This document shows, one piece after another, positions 22,358 through 32,832 of a stretch of DNA of 62,924 bases. Under the pieces are notes generated by a model that saw only the letters and a program-made list of their open reading frames with translations, searched no databases and was not told the origin of the DNA. Numbering within the stretch: position 1 is the first letter of the stretch; every line of letters starts with the position of its first letter. Source of the DNA: Promethearchaeota archaeon (GTDB taxonomy: Archaea; Asgardarchaeota; Lokiarchaeia; Sigyniarchaeales; SOKP01); NCBI GenBank assembly GCA_030603385.1, contig JAUVXW010000026.1, positions 1 to 62,924 on the forward strand, written 5' to 3'. The translations under genes were made by a program, and so were the position numbers.

Positions 22358-23341
22358 ATGATCTGGCTAGGAGCTTTATTTAGCTTTTTCGCAGTTTTAG
22401 CATGGGTAATAAGTACCTTAGTTGTGAGCAAAGGAATAAAAGAATTAAAGGAAGCATATGGAACTTTTTTTAATAGAGTCAAAGATTACTCAATTAAAAT
22501 AGAAATTATCTTTACTTATCTAGGAATTACTTTATTAACCGGCACTATACTGCTATCACTTACAATGGTCCCTTTGCTTATTCAATACGATTTTATATTC
22601 TCTGGTTATTTGATTTTAGCTGGAATTTTTTCATTTAGCGCTGGAACAGGTTTATATTATTTTTGCACCTTAATATATAGAAAAGCAGAGATTGCTTCAC
22701 AGTTCTCAAGAATTGGACCTTTTTTTAGTATAATTTTAGGGGTTTATATCTTCGGTGAAATATTTAATGTATTTGATTTGGTCTCCCTAATCTTATTAGG
22801 TATTGGAATAACTCTATTTTTTATATTCACATGGAGAGGAAAATTTGGTTTTATTGGTTTTTTCTTGGGAATTCTAACATCATTGAGTTGGACTTCAGGT
22901 GGTATTTTTATGAATATTGCATTTTTAACTACTCCTTCAAATCAATTTAAACCCTTAGCTTATACTTTAATCAGCCTTTTTTTCGGATTTTTATCATTGC
23001 TACTATTTAATTTAATATTTATGCTAAAAAATAGAAAAAAGAAGAAAAATGAGGGAATAAAGTTTCACATTTTTAAAGTTAAAAAATCTGTTGCCAAATA
23101 TTTTGTCATCCATGGGGTTTTAAGCACGTCTATCGGATTTACTTTTAATTTTTTTGGTATTTTCTATTTAGGTGTATCTGGAGCGGCGTTTATTATGAGT
23201 CTTTGGCCAATCCTTTCATTACTAGTTGGATATTTATTATTTTCATCTTCTCCAGATTACTTAAGATACAAAAAGCATATAAAATGGTTGTTTCTAATCG
23301 CTATTATCTTACTATGTGCCTCGATTATTTCGATTTTTTAA
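22358..23341 (+). CDS. EamA/DMT-family transporter
   Basis: About 10 TM helices in two repeats; PFFSIILGVYIFGE motif. Confidence 0.75.
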   Translation: MIWLGALFSFFAVLAWVISTLVVSKGIKELKEAYGTFFNRVKDYSIKIEIIFTYLGITLLTGTILLSLTMVPLLIQYDFIFSGYLILAGIFSFSAGTGLYYFCTLIYRKAEIASQFSRIGPFFSIILGVYIFGEIFNVFDLVSLILLGIGITLFFIFTWRGKFGFIGFFLGILTSLSWTSGGIFMNIAFLTTPSNQFKPLAYTLISLFFGFLSLLLFNLIFMLKNRKKKKNEGIKFHIFKVKKSVAKYFVIHGVLSTSIGFTFNFFGIFYLGVSGAAFIMSLWPILSLLVGYLLFSSSPDYLRYKKHIKWLFLIAIILLCASIISIF

Positions 23342-23364
23342 GATCTTTAATCCTAATTAATTTT

Positions 23365-24096
23365 TCAGGAAATTTTCCCAATAACGCCTACATATATAGT
23401 AGTTTCATTAATTCCATCAATGTCTAACAATTCATTTAATTCATCATCATAAATCGCGCCAATTGTGCATGCTCCTAAACCCAGTGCCTCAGCAATCAGA
23501 TAAAAATTCTGTCCAATATGCCCAGCATCCAAATAAATATAACGATAACATCTTTGTAGATATTTCCATTTTGACCTTTCAATAATCGCGGTCCAAATAA
23601 AATTCACAGCAGACTTATAAGCAATATTTTGATCTAAACATCCCTTTGCGACTTCACTTCGAAAATCACCATTCCTCACCAATTCTAGACTATGTTTAGG
23701 AATATTGTAATGAAAAATTCCTTTTTCAAAGTTTTCAACATTATTAATCACCGGATACACTTCAATAGGATATAAACCTCCTGCAGATGGGATAGTTCTA
23801 AAAGCATAATTAGGAAAAATCCGTGTAAGACCCGTCATACCAAACAAGAGTAAACTAAGTTGTTCTTGCGTTATAGGTTCATTTTTGAAGTTTCGAGAAG
23901 ATTTTCTGTTAATAATAACATCCCAAAATTTAACAGTTTCATCGAATTTAGGATGAGGTAATTTAATTGTTTTTATCGCATTTGGATATGTTTTATAAGA
24001 TTCTGGCTTCCGCGCCCAATCTAATCGATGCTGTGGTAGATGATTTCTAATATATTTCGATTTTCGTTGAAAATTGTCTCCATCGTTCTCATTCAT
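23365..24096 (-). CDS. SagB/ThcOx-type nitroreductase-family dehydrogenase
   Basis: RKSSRNF, PSAGGLYP and DAGHIGQN motifs. Confidence 0.9.
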   Translation of the reverse strand: MNENDGDNFQRKSKYIRNHLPQHRLDWARKPESYKTYPNAIKTIKLPHPKFDETVKFWDVIINRKSSRNFKNEPITQEQLSLLLFGMTGLTRIFPNYAFRTIPSAGGLYPIEVYPVINNVENFEKGIFHYNIPKHSLELVRNGDFRSEVAKGCLDQNIAYKSAVNFIWTAIIERSKWKYLQRCYRYIYLDAGHIGQNFYLIAEALGLGACTIGAIYDDELNELLDIDGINETTIYVGVIGKIS

Positions 24097-24217
24097 AATA
24101 TAATTAGATAAAGAGTGTTTTAAAGTTTTAAATTTATATTTTAAAAATTAATTATTCTAAAATGATCGTTTCTGGCTTCTGACATATTAATTTGACATAT
24201 GAACTATATTCCAACAC

Positions 24218-24235
24218 TTTTTTTTCTCTTTATAT
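24218..24235 (+). promoter_or_regulatory. T-tract/TATA promoter variant (TTTTTTTTCTCTTTATAT) upstream of the 24295 gene
   Basis: Resembles the motif repeated at 29.7-54.5 kb; GGTGA SD at 24281-24285. Confidence 0.45.
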
Positions 24236-24294
24236 GGATTTATAAATAGATTAACTTATTGATATTTTAGGAGTAAATTTGGTGAAGGGAATAA

Positions 24295-24504
24295 ATGGAT
24301 TATTCAGAAACTTTTTTTGAGATGCTTAAGGTTCTTCAACGTACTTACAGAAAGTTCCCTAAATTTATGATTGAAATTATGGCTGAAAACTACGGCATTC
24401 CCATTAAAGAGATTAAACCATTGCTAAATAAATTCAGGAAAAAAGGGATTTTGCTTATAATGAAAGACGAAGGGTATACTTTTACGTTAAATAAAAATGT
24501 TTAA
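24295..24504 (+). CDS. Small winged-helix-like protein, paralogue of the C-terminal domain of 50166..50687
   Basis: YRKFPKFMIEIMAENYGIP..E.K.L..KFRKKGIL matches YKKFPIYIIEVMADNYGIP..ELK.L..NFQKQGIL. Confidence 0.8.
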   Translation: MDYSETFFEMLKVLQRTYRKFPKFMIEIMAENYGIPIKEIKPLLNKFRKKGILLIMKDEGYTFTLNKNV

Positions 24505-24581
24505 ATTTTAAAATCCAAATGAAAACTATTTTTTTCTGTTCAATTAAAAAAAGAAGACGTGTAAAAAATTAGTAATTAAAA

Positions 24582-26492
24582 TTATTCTATCATTTTCAGA
24601 AATTCTTCTTCTGTAATGATTTTGGTACCTTGTCCTTGGGCTTTTACATACTTAGCTGTTGGCTCATCTGAGTTAGTCACTAAATAGGATAAATTCGCGA
24701 CTACTCCGCTTTTCGCTTGACCGCCATGGTCCCTTACAAGTTGCTCTGCTTCTGCTCTTTTCATGGCCTCTAATTTCCCAGTAAAACAAAAAGTCATACC
24801 TTCAAATTTTCCTCCCGTTTTCTTCACCTCCTCTATTGTAATTTTATTTGAATTTAATACTTCCTTCATTTGTGGATAAAGTTTTTCAACCCCTTCATGT
24901 AACTGCTGGGCTGTGATTTCAGCAAATCCATCAACTTGAGACAGTTGGAAAATAGAAGCATCTTTTATTTTGCCCAAGGTATCAAATCCTGCATCTACGA
25001 CTCGTTGAGTGAGATCCTCTCCAATGTTTTCAATATCAAATCCGCCAATGAATCGTGCTAATGGTACATTTTTAACAGCCAACAGGTTGTCTAATGCTTT
25101 TTTTGCCGAAGTTTCTTTTACTCCCTCAAATTGTGTTAAATGTGCAACTTCAAGTTTGTACAAATCAGCAATAGTCTTTACTTTCCCTGAGTCAAATAAT
25201 GGTTTTAACATTAATTTTTCACTAAAATGCTTTACGTTTAGTTTATTAATCCACTTTACTAATCGATGATATGCTCTCTTTGGACACGCTTCGTTTGGAC
25301 AGTACAATCTTGTACCTTCATTGATGAGTTTGGTTTTACATTCCTCACATATAGTAGGAATAGGGATCTCTTTTGCATCTGAAGGTGTTTTAATTACTCG
25401 CTCGATCTTAGGGATAATATCTCCTCGTTTGCTGATAAACACTTCAGAGCCGATTTTCAATTTTAAATCCCCAATTAGATTTGGATTTGCTAAACTTGCT
25501 CTTGATACGGTAGTTCCCATTAATCTCACAGGATCAACAATAGCAATAGGGGTATAATTTTGGCCGCTAATACTCCATTCCACATCAAGCAACGTAGTTT
25601 CGATTTCTTCAGCTTGGAATTTAAAGGCAATTTGTTTCATAGGTTTTGCTCGTTTCATGTCTTCTAAATCGATTGCTTTCCCCTTAATCACTAATCCATC
25701 GATATCAAATTCTAGAGTATCGCGTCTGTTGGTCATGACATCCTCTCTAATATTAATTACTTCTTGAGGAGAATGTACTGTCTTGGTAGGAATTGTCGGG
25801 AATCCTTCTTCTTTTAACCATTTTAACTTTTGAATCTCACTCTGAAAAGTTACATCATCACCAATACTGAATGCATCATAGAATACTAAGTTTAAATCTC
25901 CACTTCCGATTCCATCTTTTCTTCTTACCAACCCTGAAGCCGCATTCCTACAATTTTGCTTATCGTTATATTTCCTCTCAAAAACATCATGAAATAGCAA
26001 AATTTCGGCACGAGTAGCACCTGTAAATTTAGTTTTGAGCTTAGGGATGAATCCTTTCATATTAATAACGTTCGCTGAAACATCATCTCCGATTTTTCCA
26101 TCCCCTCTTGTTAGGGCGTATTGGAAAATACCATCTTCGTATTGAAGTTCAATACTAATCCCGTCAAGCTTAAATTGGATGAGGAACGTCTTAAAATTTC
26201 GCTTCCTTGCCCATTTTAAGAATTCTTGAGGGTTAGTAACTTTATCTTGAGAAGTCATTGGAATAATATGTTCTCGCTTTGTAAAAAGTTCTGAAGAATC
26301 TACACCAATCTTGAATAATATTGGGTTTTCTGGATCAAGTTTGTGAAGCTCATCTTCAAAAGTATCGTATTTGACATCGGAAATTTCTGGTTGTTCATTG
26401 TAATACAGATATCGATGACGCTTTATTTCTTCAACAAGATAGTTAATTCTTTCTTGATTTGATTTTTGTCTTTCGAGCATGATTACCCTCAA
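24582..26492 (-). CDS. ligA: NAD-dependent DNA ligase
   Basis: KLDG adenylation motif, TRGDG, DGLVIK, RGDIIP, C4 Zn finger, HhH and BRCT (FCFTGKL). Confidence 0.95.
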   Translation of the reverse strand: MRVIMLERQKSNQERINYLVEEIKRHRYLYYNEQPEISDVKYDTFEDELHKLDPENPILFKIGVDSSELFTKREHIIPMTSQDKVTNPQEFLKWARKRNFKTFLIQFKLDGISIELQYEDGIFQYALTRGDGKIGDDVSANVINMKGFIPKLKTKFTGATRAEILLFHDVFERKYNDKQNCRNAASGLVRRKDGIGSGDLNLVFYDAFSIGDDVTFQSEIQKLKWLKEEGFPTIPTKTVHSPQEVINIREDVMTNRRDTLEFDIDGLVIKGKAIDLEDMKRAKPMKQIAFKFQAEEIETTLLDVEWSISGQNYTPIAIVDPVRLMGTTVSRASLANPNLIGDLKLKIGSEVFISKRGDIIPKIERVIKTPSDAKEIPIPTICEECKTKLINEGTRLYCPNEACPKRAYHRLVKWINKLNVKHFSEKLMLKPLFDSGKVKTIADLYKLEVAHLTQFEGVKETSAKKALDNLLAVKNVPLARFIGGFDIENIGEDLTQRVVDAGFDTLGKIKDASIFQLSQVDGFAEITAQQLHEGVEKLYPQMKEVLNSNKITIEEVKKTGGKFEGMTFCFTGKLEAMKRAEAEQLVRDHGGQAKSGVVANLSYLVTNSDEPTAKYVKAQGQGTKIITEEEFLKMIE

Positions 26493-26984
26493 TTAATAGG
26501 TTTTAGTCTTAAAGTTTATTATTCCACCCAAACTTAAAAACTTAATTAGGGGGTAAAGGATAGTTAGCAAATTCAAAATTTAAAAAAAATGAGGGAATGG
26601 GATTTGTAATAAATTAAATTAGAATTATTGTGTCAATTTGGGTGGTTACAAATCTAAGTAATGGGCTTTAAATATTTTCATACTATTATTCTATTAAATT
26701 TTCTTAAGATAAATGTTCTATGGTTGTAGGTATTTCTTGTTTGACTGTATAAGGTTTAATAATTTATGTTTGAGATATCTTCCTTGTCTTTTTAATATGG
26801 GTTTATTAGGATTTTCGGTAAGAATATTTAAGATGGTTAAAATTCTTTATAAAAATTGATTTTTGTATTAATTACTTTAAAAAAGGTAGAAGAATTAAAT
26901 ACAAAGATGTTAAATATTTATACATAAATTTCATAGTTAGTCTAATTATTTTTTTGAAAAGTTAAAACAAATTCAAAAAGATAT

Positions 26985-29645
26985 TTGGAGGGAGATCCAA
27001 TGAATAGGAAAAAGACTTTTCAATTGATGATATTAATTCTCATTCTATATAGCTTTTTGCTAAACTTCCTATTTCTCAAAAATATTGTAAGCAATCGCCA
27101 AAAGAACAGAGGAAATTACGATTATGACGAAATTGTTCCGGAGTATTTAAAAACTTCAGATTATTCTTCTTTTATCGAGGGAAATGGTGAAAATATCAAT
27201 TTATCACTTCAGCAATCTCTCCTTGATGACTCACCAATCATAATTTCTAACATTTCAGATTCCAATAATAACAAGTTTTATGAACCATCCCCCACAGTTG
27301 AGAATTTTGATAGTTTTTTTGTCAATATAACAATTGAAGATATCTATGCTCCTAATAAAATTTTAATAATAGAAGATTATCTACCAATTGCAGGTTCTTA
27401 TGATTTTACTAATGCTCAACCGGGAGCAACATCTTTTAAAATTAATGGAAACGGATATTTAGAAAATATATCTGTCATTGTTAGAAATACAGATACTGTA
27501 GAAACAGTTGTAGTAGGATTCTATATATATAATTCCACATGGAATAGCACAACACAAAAATCAATACCAGATGGTAGATCCCCTCTTTTAGATACATATA
27601 TTATACCTGTCGGCGATATAATTGGTTGGTATACAATAACAAATCAGCATTATTACTTAGATAACTCTAAAACAGAAAATAAAACATGGTTTATTGGTCT
27701 TTATGATATGGGATTAGGTGATGCGAGATGGGCTTATGTCGATGATGATAGTGCTTATTTTGGTAGTAGCGATGATGATAATGAAACTTGGAGTTATTAC
27801 AAATTCGGACTGGACTGGCTTTTAATAGACAATCCAGGTTCAGGTTGTCCAACTGTTGATTTAGAATTGAAAGTTGATTTGGCACCCTATATTTATCCAT
27901 CAGAAAAAACATTAATTGTTGAAGATCAGTCTACAGGAATATTGTGGAATTTTGGAATTACAGGCTCTCCTGCTTATGGTAGTTTTAGAATTCGCGGTAA
28001 TACAATTTTAGAGAACATTTCTATTTGGTTATGGAATAATGGTGATGGAACGGATTGTAATTTTAGAGTAAGGATATTTAATTCGCAGTGGACAGGTACT
28101 AAAAACGAACCACTCGGACTTTATGCTACAGTTGTGCCAATTGATGCAGTTCTAATTGATGGTTTTGATGGTTGGTATAATTTTACAGACCTTAATACTT
28201 TTCTTAACGTTTCTGAAACAGATAATAATACATTTTATGTAGTAATGCAAGATGTTGATGATGACACTTATTGGTATATGATTTCTGATGATATTATAGG
28301 AGATAATGATGATGAAATGGATGCTTATTACTACTCTGGGGGATACCAATTAATTACTATTGGTCCTCGAACTGTTGATTTATCTTTAAAGGTTGGATTA
28401 AAACCCCATAAAAATATCCCTAAACCTGAAGATATTGGTTTGAAGATAAATAATACTGCTGTAATTGGAGATAATGACATTCATGGTTTTGGGTATTGGA
28501 ATTCGACACAGGAATATTCAAGTTCTTCTGGTCAATTGGAATTTAAACTATCTGCTGATTGGTGGGATGTCTTGTGTAAAATTACTCTTGTTCAGATTAA
28601 TTACACTAAGACAGATTTAAAGGCAAATTCAATGTATAGAGTTCTTGGAAGTGGACAAGAAGTCATATGGAATGTATCTCGAAATAGTGGATTAGACTTT
28701 TTTGATGCAAGGTTAAGTAACTATAGAATAAATTTTACTGTTCCATCTTCCTGGAATAACATCCAAGTCTTTAATGGACCTATAGATAAAACTAATGATA
28801 TTTCAATAAACCCGGAAAAAAAAGGCTATAAAACAGTTCAAGTAGCAAATGCTGGAAACGGTACGTATTGGCATTTAACTGCCACATCAGAAAACCTACT
28901 CTCATCAATTGATACCTATGTCAATTCAAATCCAACCAATACAGTAATGTATTCTGATATTGTTCAATTCAACACTACTTTTACAGAAAAAATAAGTCAA
29001 AACGATGGAATCATTAATTTGAGTGTGTATAATCCTATTGCTATTAATGACAAGTTGAATTTTACATCTGTAAATTCAACTTACGGTTCAAGTACGGAGT
29101 TCTACCTTGGAAGTTGGGATGTTTCTGATACTATAACTAGATATGGAGGATTCCGCGTTCAAGTGTTCTGGAGCAATAACACCGCAGTCGGATTTTGGGA
29201 CAAAGTTCTAACAATAATAGGAGAAACTGATTTGTCGTTATTAACACCAAGCCAAGATGCGACTTTTTATACTAACCAGTCTTTTGATATCATAGTCTAT
29301 TTCGAGGATTTTAATCTATTAACATCAATCGACGGAGCTACCATAGAATATAATATCAACGGACAAGGGTTGCAATCCACCATTGTAAATAATGGTACTA
29401 TTGGATATTATGTCATCCCTGTTGATTGCACTGTCTTCACTTCCGATGGTCTAAAATCTGTTGATATCAGCGCAAATAAGCAATATTATGATTCTCAATT
29501 GCTCACCTATTACTTTAATGTTATTGTCGTCGAAGAACCTTCCATGGCTTCTCGACCAGCAATCCCAGGATATAACATAATTGCTCTAATTGGGTTGTGT
29601 TTTGGAATAACAATAGCTCTCATCAAAAATAAATATAAAAAATAA
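26985..29645 (+). CDS. Large surface glycoprotein with tandem beta-sandwich repeat and IPGY-TM-basic C-terminal sorting signal (likely start ATG 27000)
   Basis: N-terminal hydrophobic helix; repeat KILIIED..YLENISV..IYNSTW / KTLIVED..ILENISI..IFNSQW; many NxS/T sequons; ends AIPGYNIIALIGLCFGITIALIKNKYKK. Confidence 0.75.
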   Translation: MEGDPMNRKKTFQLMILILILYSFLLNFLFLKNIVSNRQKNRGNYDYDEIVPEYLKTSDYSSFIEGNGENINLSLQQSLLDDSPIIISNISDSNNNKFYEPSPTVENFDSFFVNITIEDIYAPNKILIIEDYLPIAGSYDFTNAQPGATSFKINGNGYLENISVIVRNTDTVETVVVGFYIYNSTWNSTTQKSIPDGRSPLLDTYIIPVGDIIGWYTITNQHYYLDNSKTENKTWFIGLYDMGLGDARWAYVDDDSAYFGSSDDDNETWSYYKFGLDWLLIDNPGSGCPTVDLELKVDLAPYIYPSEKTLIVEDQSTGILWNFGITGSPAYGSFRIRGNTILENISIWLWNNGDGTDCNFRVRIFNSQWTGTKNEPLGLYATVVPIDAVLIDGFDGWYNFTDLNTFLNVSETDNNTFYVVMQDVDDDTYWYMISDDIIGDNDDEMDAYYYSGGYQLITIGPRTVDLSLKVGLKPHKNIPKPEDIGLKINNTAVIGDNDIHGFGYWNSTQEYSSSSGQLEFKLSADWWDVLCKITLVQINYTKTDLKANSMYRVLGSGQEVIWNVSRNSGLDFFDARLSNYRINFTVPSSWNNIQVFNGPIDKTNDISINPEKKGYKTVQVANAGNGTYWHLTATSENLLSSIDTYVNSNPTNTVMYSDIVQFNTTFTEKISQNDGIINLSVYNPIAINDKLNFTSVNSTYGSSTEFYLGSWDVSDTITRYGGFRVQVFWSNNTAVGFWDKVLTIIGETDLSLLTPSQDATFYTNQSFDIIVYFEDFNLLTSIDGATIEYNINGQGLQSTIVNNGTIGYYVIPVDCTVFTSDGLKSVDISANKQYYDSQLLTYYFNVIVVEEPSMASRPAIPGYNIIALIGLCFGITIALIKNKYKK

Positions 29646-29725
29646 CTATTTCTTCATTTTTTTTCATTTCATGAACTATATTAGTTCGACATATCTTGTC
29701 ATCACTGAATTTTGCACCCACTCTT

Positions 29726-29741
29726 AATTTTTCTTTAAATA
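29726..29741 (+). promoter_or_regulatory. Cluster promoter motif AATTTTTCTTTAAATA
   Basis: About 45 nt upstream of the 29786 ATG; identical to the copy at 43056-43071. Confidence 0.7.
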
Positions 29742-29785
29742 CTTTCAATTTTGTAAATAAATCAAAAATAAAATCGTGATAAAGA

Positions 29786-30040
29786 ATGAATATTAGGCAA
29801 ATAGTAAATAAAAATAAAATAAGGAGAATATTGCATTCTAGAATGAGACTTCGTGAGGTCTATAGGAAAGCATACTGGTTAGAATTTGAAAATGAAAGTA
29901 TTCTGAGTTTCTTAGCTAAATATAATGTAGTGATGAGCAGGCAGGAATCTTCTTCGAATATTCCAAGGGATACAAAAGTTCAAGATTATATTAATATAGA
30001 TAACCAGCCCGAAATTGTTATTGATATAATCGAATTATAA
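29786..30040 (+). CDS. Hypothetical protein (84 aa, basic N-terminus)
   Basis: ORF preceded by the cluster promoter motif; no recognisable domain. Confidence 0.55.
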   Translation: MNIRQIVNKNKIRRILHSRMRLREVYRKAYWLEFENESILSFLAKYNVVMSRQESSSNIPRDTKVQDYINIDNQPEIVIDIIEL

Positions 30041-30190
30041 TTAATAGACACTCAATTTTCATTCAGCAGTTTCTTAGTGATGCCTGGTCTTTATATATAA
30101 AACTTCCGTTAAAAAATCTGCAAGTTAGTCAGCAGGGATGAAATAAAGTCAGCTCTAAAGTATGTATAACGAATAGAAGCATGTAATTCG

Positions 30191-31537
30191 TCATATAATC
30201 TCTTTCTTAATGTTTTCTCCTACTATTGATCTCTTAAGTTTTTGTTCTTGGTGTTCTTTATATTTTTTAATCGTTAGAAGCTTTTCTAGTCCTAATAGTT
30301 CTTCTAATAGATATGATCCTAGCTTTTTATTCACCTTTATAGGCTGTTCTATTAAATGCTTATCTACTAACCGCGTCAAGGTTTCCAACTGCCTCATAAA
30401 CCATTGTTTGTAATCCTTCCAGTTATTATGAAAGGAAGGCATCTCATCTATAAGCGTTTGATCTGAAACTCGGGATTCAAGAAGAGTAGGACGTTGTTCA
30501 GTTTCAGGACTAGCACCGAGCGGTTCAGAGGTTGGTAAAGGTGGGGTATCCTGACGAATTCCTAACTTGGTAAAGATCGTCTCGAGATCATCTATATCTG
30601 AGTCTATTAAGGTGTATTGAGAGATACTCATCTGAAGCCATTTATCTATAAATTTCTGGGGAATTCCTTCTTTCCAATGGCGATTCCGTAGGTAGTTATA
30701 TAACTTGAGCGGACTAAACAACTCCTCTAACTCCAAATATTCGGGATTTACTCTTTTACTTCTAAATTCGTGTAACTGTTGGATAAATTCTTTTCCAATA
30801 CGTTTATTAAGTGAAACGATTATCTCATATTCATTGGAGAAATCTTTGAAATCTTTTCTTGAACCGATTGATGATGGTTCATAAGAATCGGATTTTAATT
30901 GAGAAGCGGGGGGAATATTAACTCCAAAATATCGGCTAGTAAAATCTAGGATCTTTTGCCAATTTTTTTGTTCAAAGCCTTTTAACAGCTCTGGAAGCCT
31001 ACTTGATGAACCGTTTTGGTTTACTTCTGTAAAGATTTGTGATGCTACATTTTTGATACTTTGTATCTTGTCTTGTAAAATGGTAATATTTTGTGAACTG
31101 GATATAAGATGCTGTTCAAATGCTAAATTCGAATTGTGTTCAAGATAATTTAAGAACTGATTATTTTTTTTATTGTAAAAAATAAATTCGCTGTCATTCG
31201 CTATCTCAGGGATGATCTCATTGGAATTTAACACACAGCGAATATTATCTATAGCCAATATCTCTTTTACTTTATTCCTATCTAAATTATAAATAAAGTA
31301 AAAAGTAGGTGATTGAGAATAGGAATTGCTCGATTCAAACTCTAATATATTTCTTAAATCGTGTAATGCCGTGGATTCTAAGTCAATTGGAGTATGCCCT
31401 GCGGTAAATATTTCAAGGGCATGGAGATGTTTCAAATCAACATAGGGAAATATAACTAGGTTTTTCTGCTGAAAAAAAAGAATATTTAAAAATTCCGGGG
31501 TAATAAAATCTTCTCCTGAATCCACTTTTTCTCTCAC
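30191..31537 (-). CDS. Hypothetical protein, last gene of the roadblock-MglA operon
   Basis: 448-aa ORF starting 12 nt after the GTPase stop; no recognised motif. Confidence 0.7.
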   Translation of the reverse strand: MREKVDSGEDFITPEFLNILFFQQKNLVIFPYVDLKHLHALEIFTAGHTPIDLESTALHDLRNILEFESSNSYSQSPTFYFIYNLDRNKVKEILAIDNIRCVLNSNEIIPEIANDSEFIFYNKKNNQFLNYLEHNSNLAFEQHLISSSQNITILQDKIQSIKNVASQIFTEVNQNGSSSRLPELLKGFEQKNWQKILDFTSRYFGVNIPPASQLKSDSYEPSSIGSRKDFKDFSNEYEIIVSLNKRIGKEFIQQLHEFRSKRVNPEYLELEELFSPLKLYNYLRNRHWKEGIPQKFIDKWLQMSISQYTLIDSDIDDLETIFTKLGIRQDTPPLPTSEPLGASPETEQRPTLLESRVSDQTLIDEMPSFHNNWKDYKQWFMRQLETLTRLVDKHLIEQPIKVNKKLGSYLLEELLGLEKLLTIKKYKEHQEQKLKRSIVGENIKKEII

Positions 31538-31548
31538 GTAAAAAAAAT

Positions 31549-32196
31549 TTATTCTTGAAAATAATTAAAAATTGCCTGAAGAATAATATGCTTAAAGCAT
31601 TGGACTACATTCTTCCCTTGCAAAGCCTCAGCAGGATATATTACATTTGTACCGTCTGGGAATGTTTCTAATAAAGGCAACCCAAGAGCTACCTTAAATT
31701 TTGGAATACCGATAGCATTCTCTAAGTCTCGCTTGTTTAATTGTACTAAATAAGGTATGTTTTTAGGGGATGCGAAGCTCACTAACTCTCTAAAACTTCT
31801 TTTGTTCTGTTCTAATTTCTCAGGATCAGAATCACCAATAAATATAATCCCATCTGCGCCGTCTAACACATACTCTCGAGTCGACAAGAATCGTTCTTGC
31901 CCTGTACATGTTACCACATGAGCGATAATATTAAACTTGACATCTCTTAGTGTAAACTTAAATAAAAGATAGAGCGAATCTTCCCATAAGGTTCTTCCTT
32001 CTGTGGTCTCAATAGAATATCCTTTCGATAATTTTAAGAGATCGAATTTTTCCCTCAATCGAAAGAAGTTAGTTGTTTTTCCACTCTCCCCCGGACCCCA
32101 ATAAACAATCTTAAATTGAAGCATGTTCTCTGAGTCGTTAAAATCGAACTTATCACTTACTTCTAACTCACTTTCATCTTTCTGATGGGTTTCCAT
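31549..32196 (-). CDS. MglA-like small GTPase
   Basis: KIVYWGPGESGKTTN (G1), RTL (G2), TCTGQ in place of DxxGQ as in MglA TVPGQ, NKRD (G4). Confidence 0.88.
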   Translation of the reverse strand: METHQKDESELEVSDKFDFNDSENMLQFKIVYWGPGESGKTTNFFRLREKFDLLKLSKGYSIETTEGRTLWEDSLYLLFKFTLRDVKFNIIAHVVTCTGQERFLSTREYVLDGADGIIFIGDSDPEKLEQNKRSFRELVSFASPKNIPYLVQLNKRDLENAIGIPKFKVALGLPLLETFPDGTNVIYPAEALQGKNVVQCFKHIILQAIFNYFQE

Positions 32197-32230
32197 TTTA
32201 TCACCGCTTACCTATTTTTTAATGATGTTT

Positions 32231-32779
32231 CTAACTAATACTACCGAGTTTGTCAGAGAAAATTTCTTTCTTTAGCTCTTTAATATGTTCTTTTATTTCT
32301 CTCTCTGACATTTTTAACATTCTTTGGGTTGATTGGTTTTGCTCAATTTCTTCTTTTATTTTCATGGCAAATTTACTGAGCTGAAGGAAAATAACTCCTA
32401 AATTCACCTCATTATCGGAAAGTAAAACGACTAATATGTCGCGCTTCCCCTTTTTATGAAGCTCAACAGCTCCGATTGACTTAACGAACAACCGCATATC
32501 ATTATAAATTATTGTTGCTCTTTCAAGAGAATCAGATTCAAAAAAATCCTGCCCTTGTCGTGCAACACCATATAGAGCTGCGCCAATAGAGCTTAAATCC
32601 CAATAATTCAGCTTACGGTCAAAACGAGAATCGATGGCTATAATTTTTGCGTCTTGATCGATTGCAATTAGACCATAGATATATCCTCTGCGAGTTAATT
32701 TCCCATAGTTATACCTTATATCATCCAACACTTCAGTTATACTATTTTTATATAACACTTTTGGAATGTGGTTTACCAT
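32231..32779 (-). CDS. Roadblock/LC7 (MglB-like) protein with C-terminal helix
   Basis: IAIDQDAKIIA..LSSIGAALYG..ILVVLLSDNEVNLGVI roadblock pattern; adjacent to the MglA-like gene. Confidence 0.75.
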   Translation of the reverse strand: MVNHIPKVLYKNSITEVLDDIRYNYGKLTRRGYIYGLIAIDQDAKIIAIDSRFDRKLNYWDLSSIGAALYGVARQGQDFFESDSLERATIIYNDMRLFVKSIGAVELHKKGKRDILVVLLSDNEVNLGVIFLQLSKFAMKIKEEIEQNQSTQRMLKMSEREIKEHIKELKKEIFSDKLGSIS

Positions 32780-32832
32780 TTTTAGACCTATTCTATTATA
32801 TAATTAAGTTACCTAAGAGAATTGAGTAAGAG

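Noticed and set aside
26590-26606. Minus-strand CAAATCCCATTCCCTCA followed by a T-tract, resembling a tRNA 3' end or att scar
   Set aside because: No T-arm 5' side (GGTTC), no cloverleaf, no second copy and no integrase in the window.
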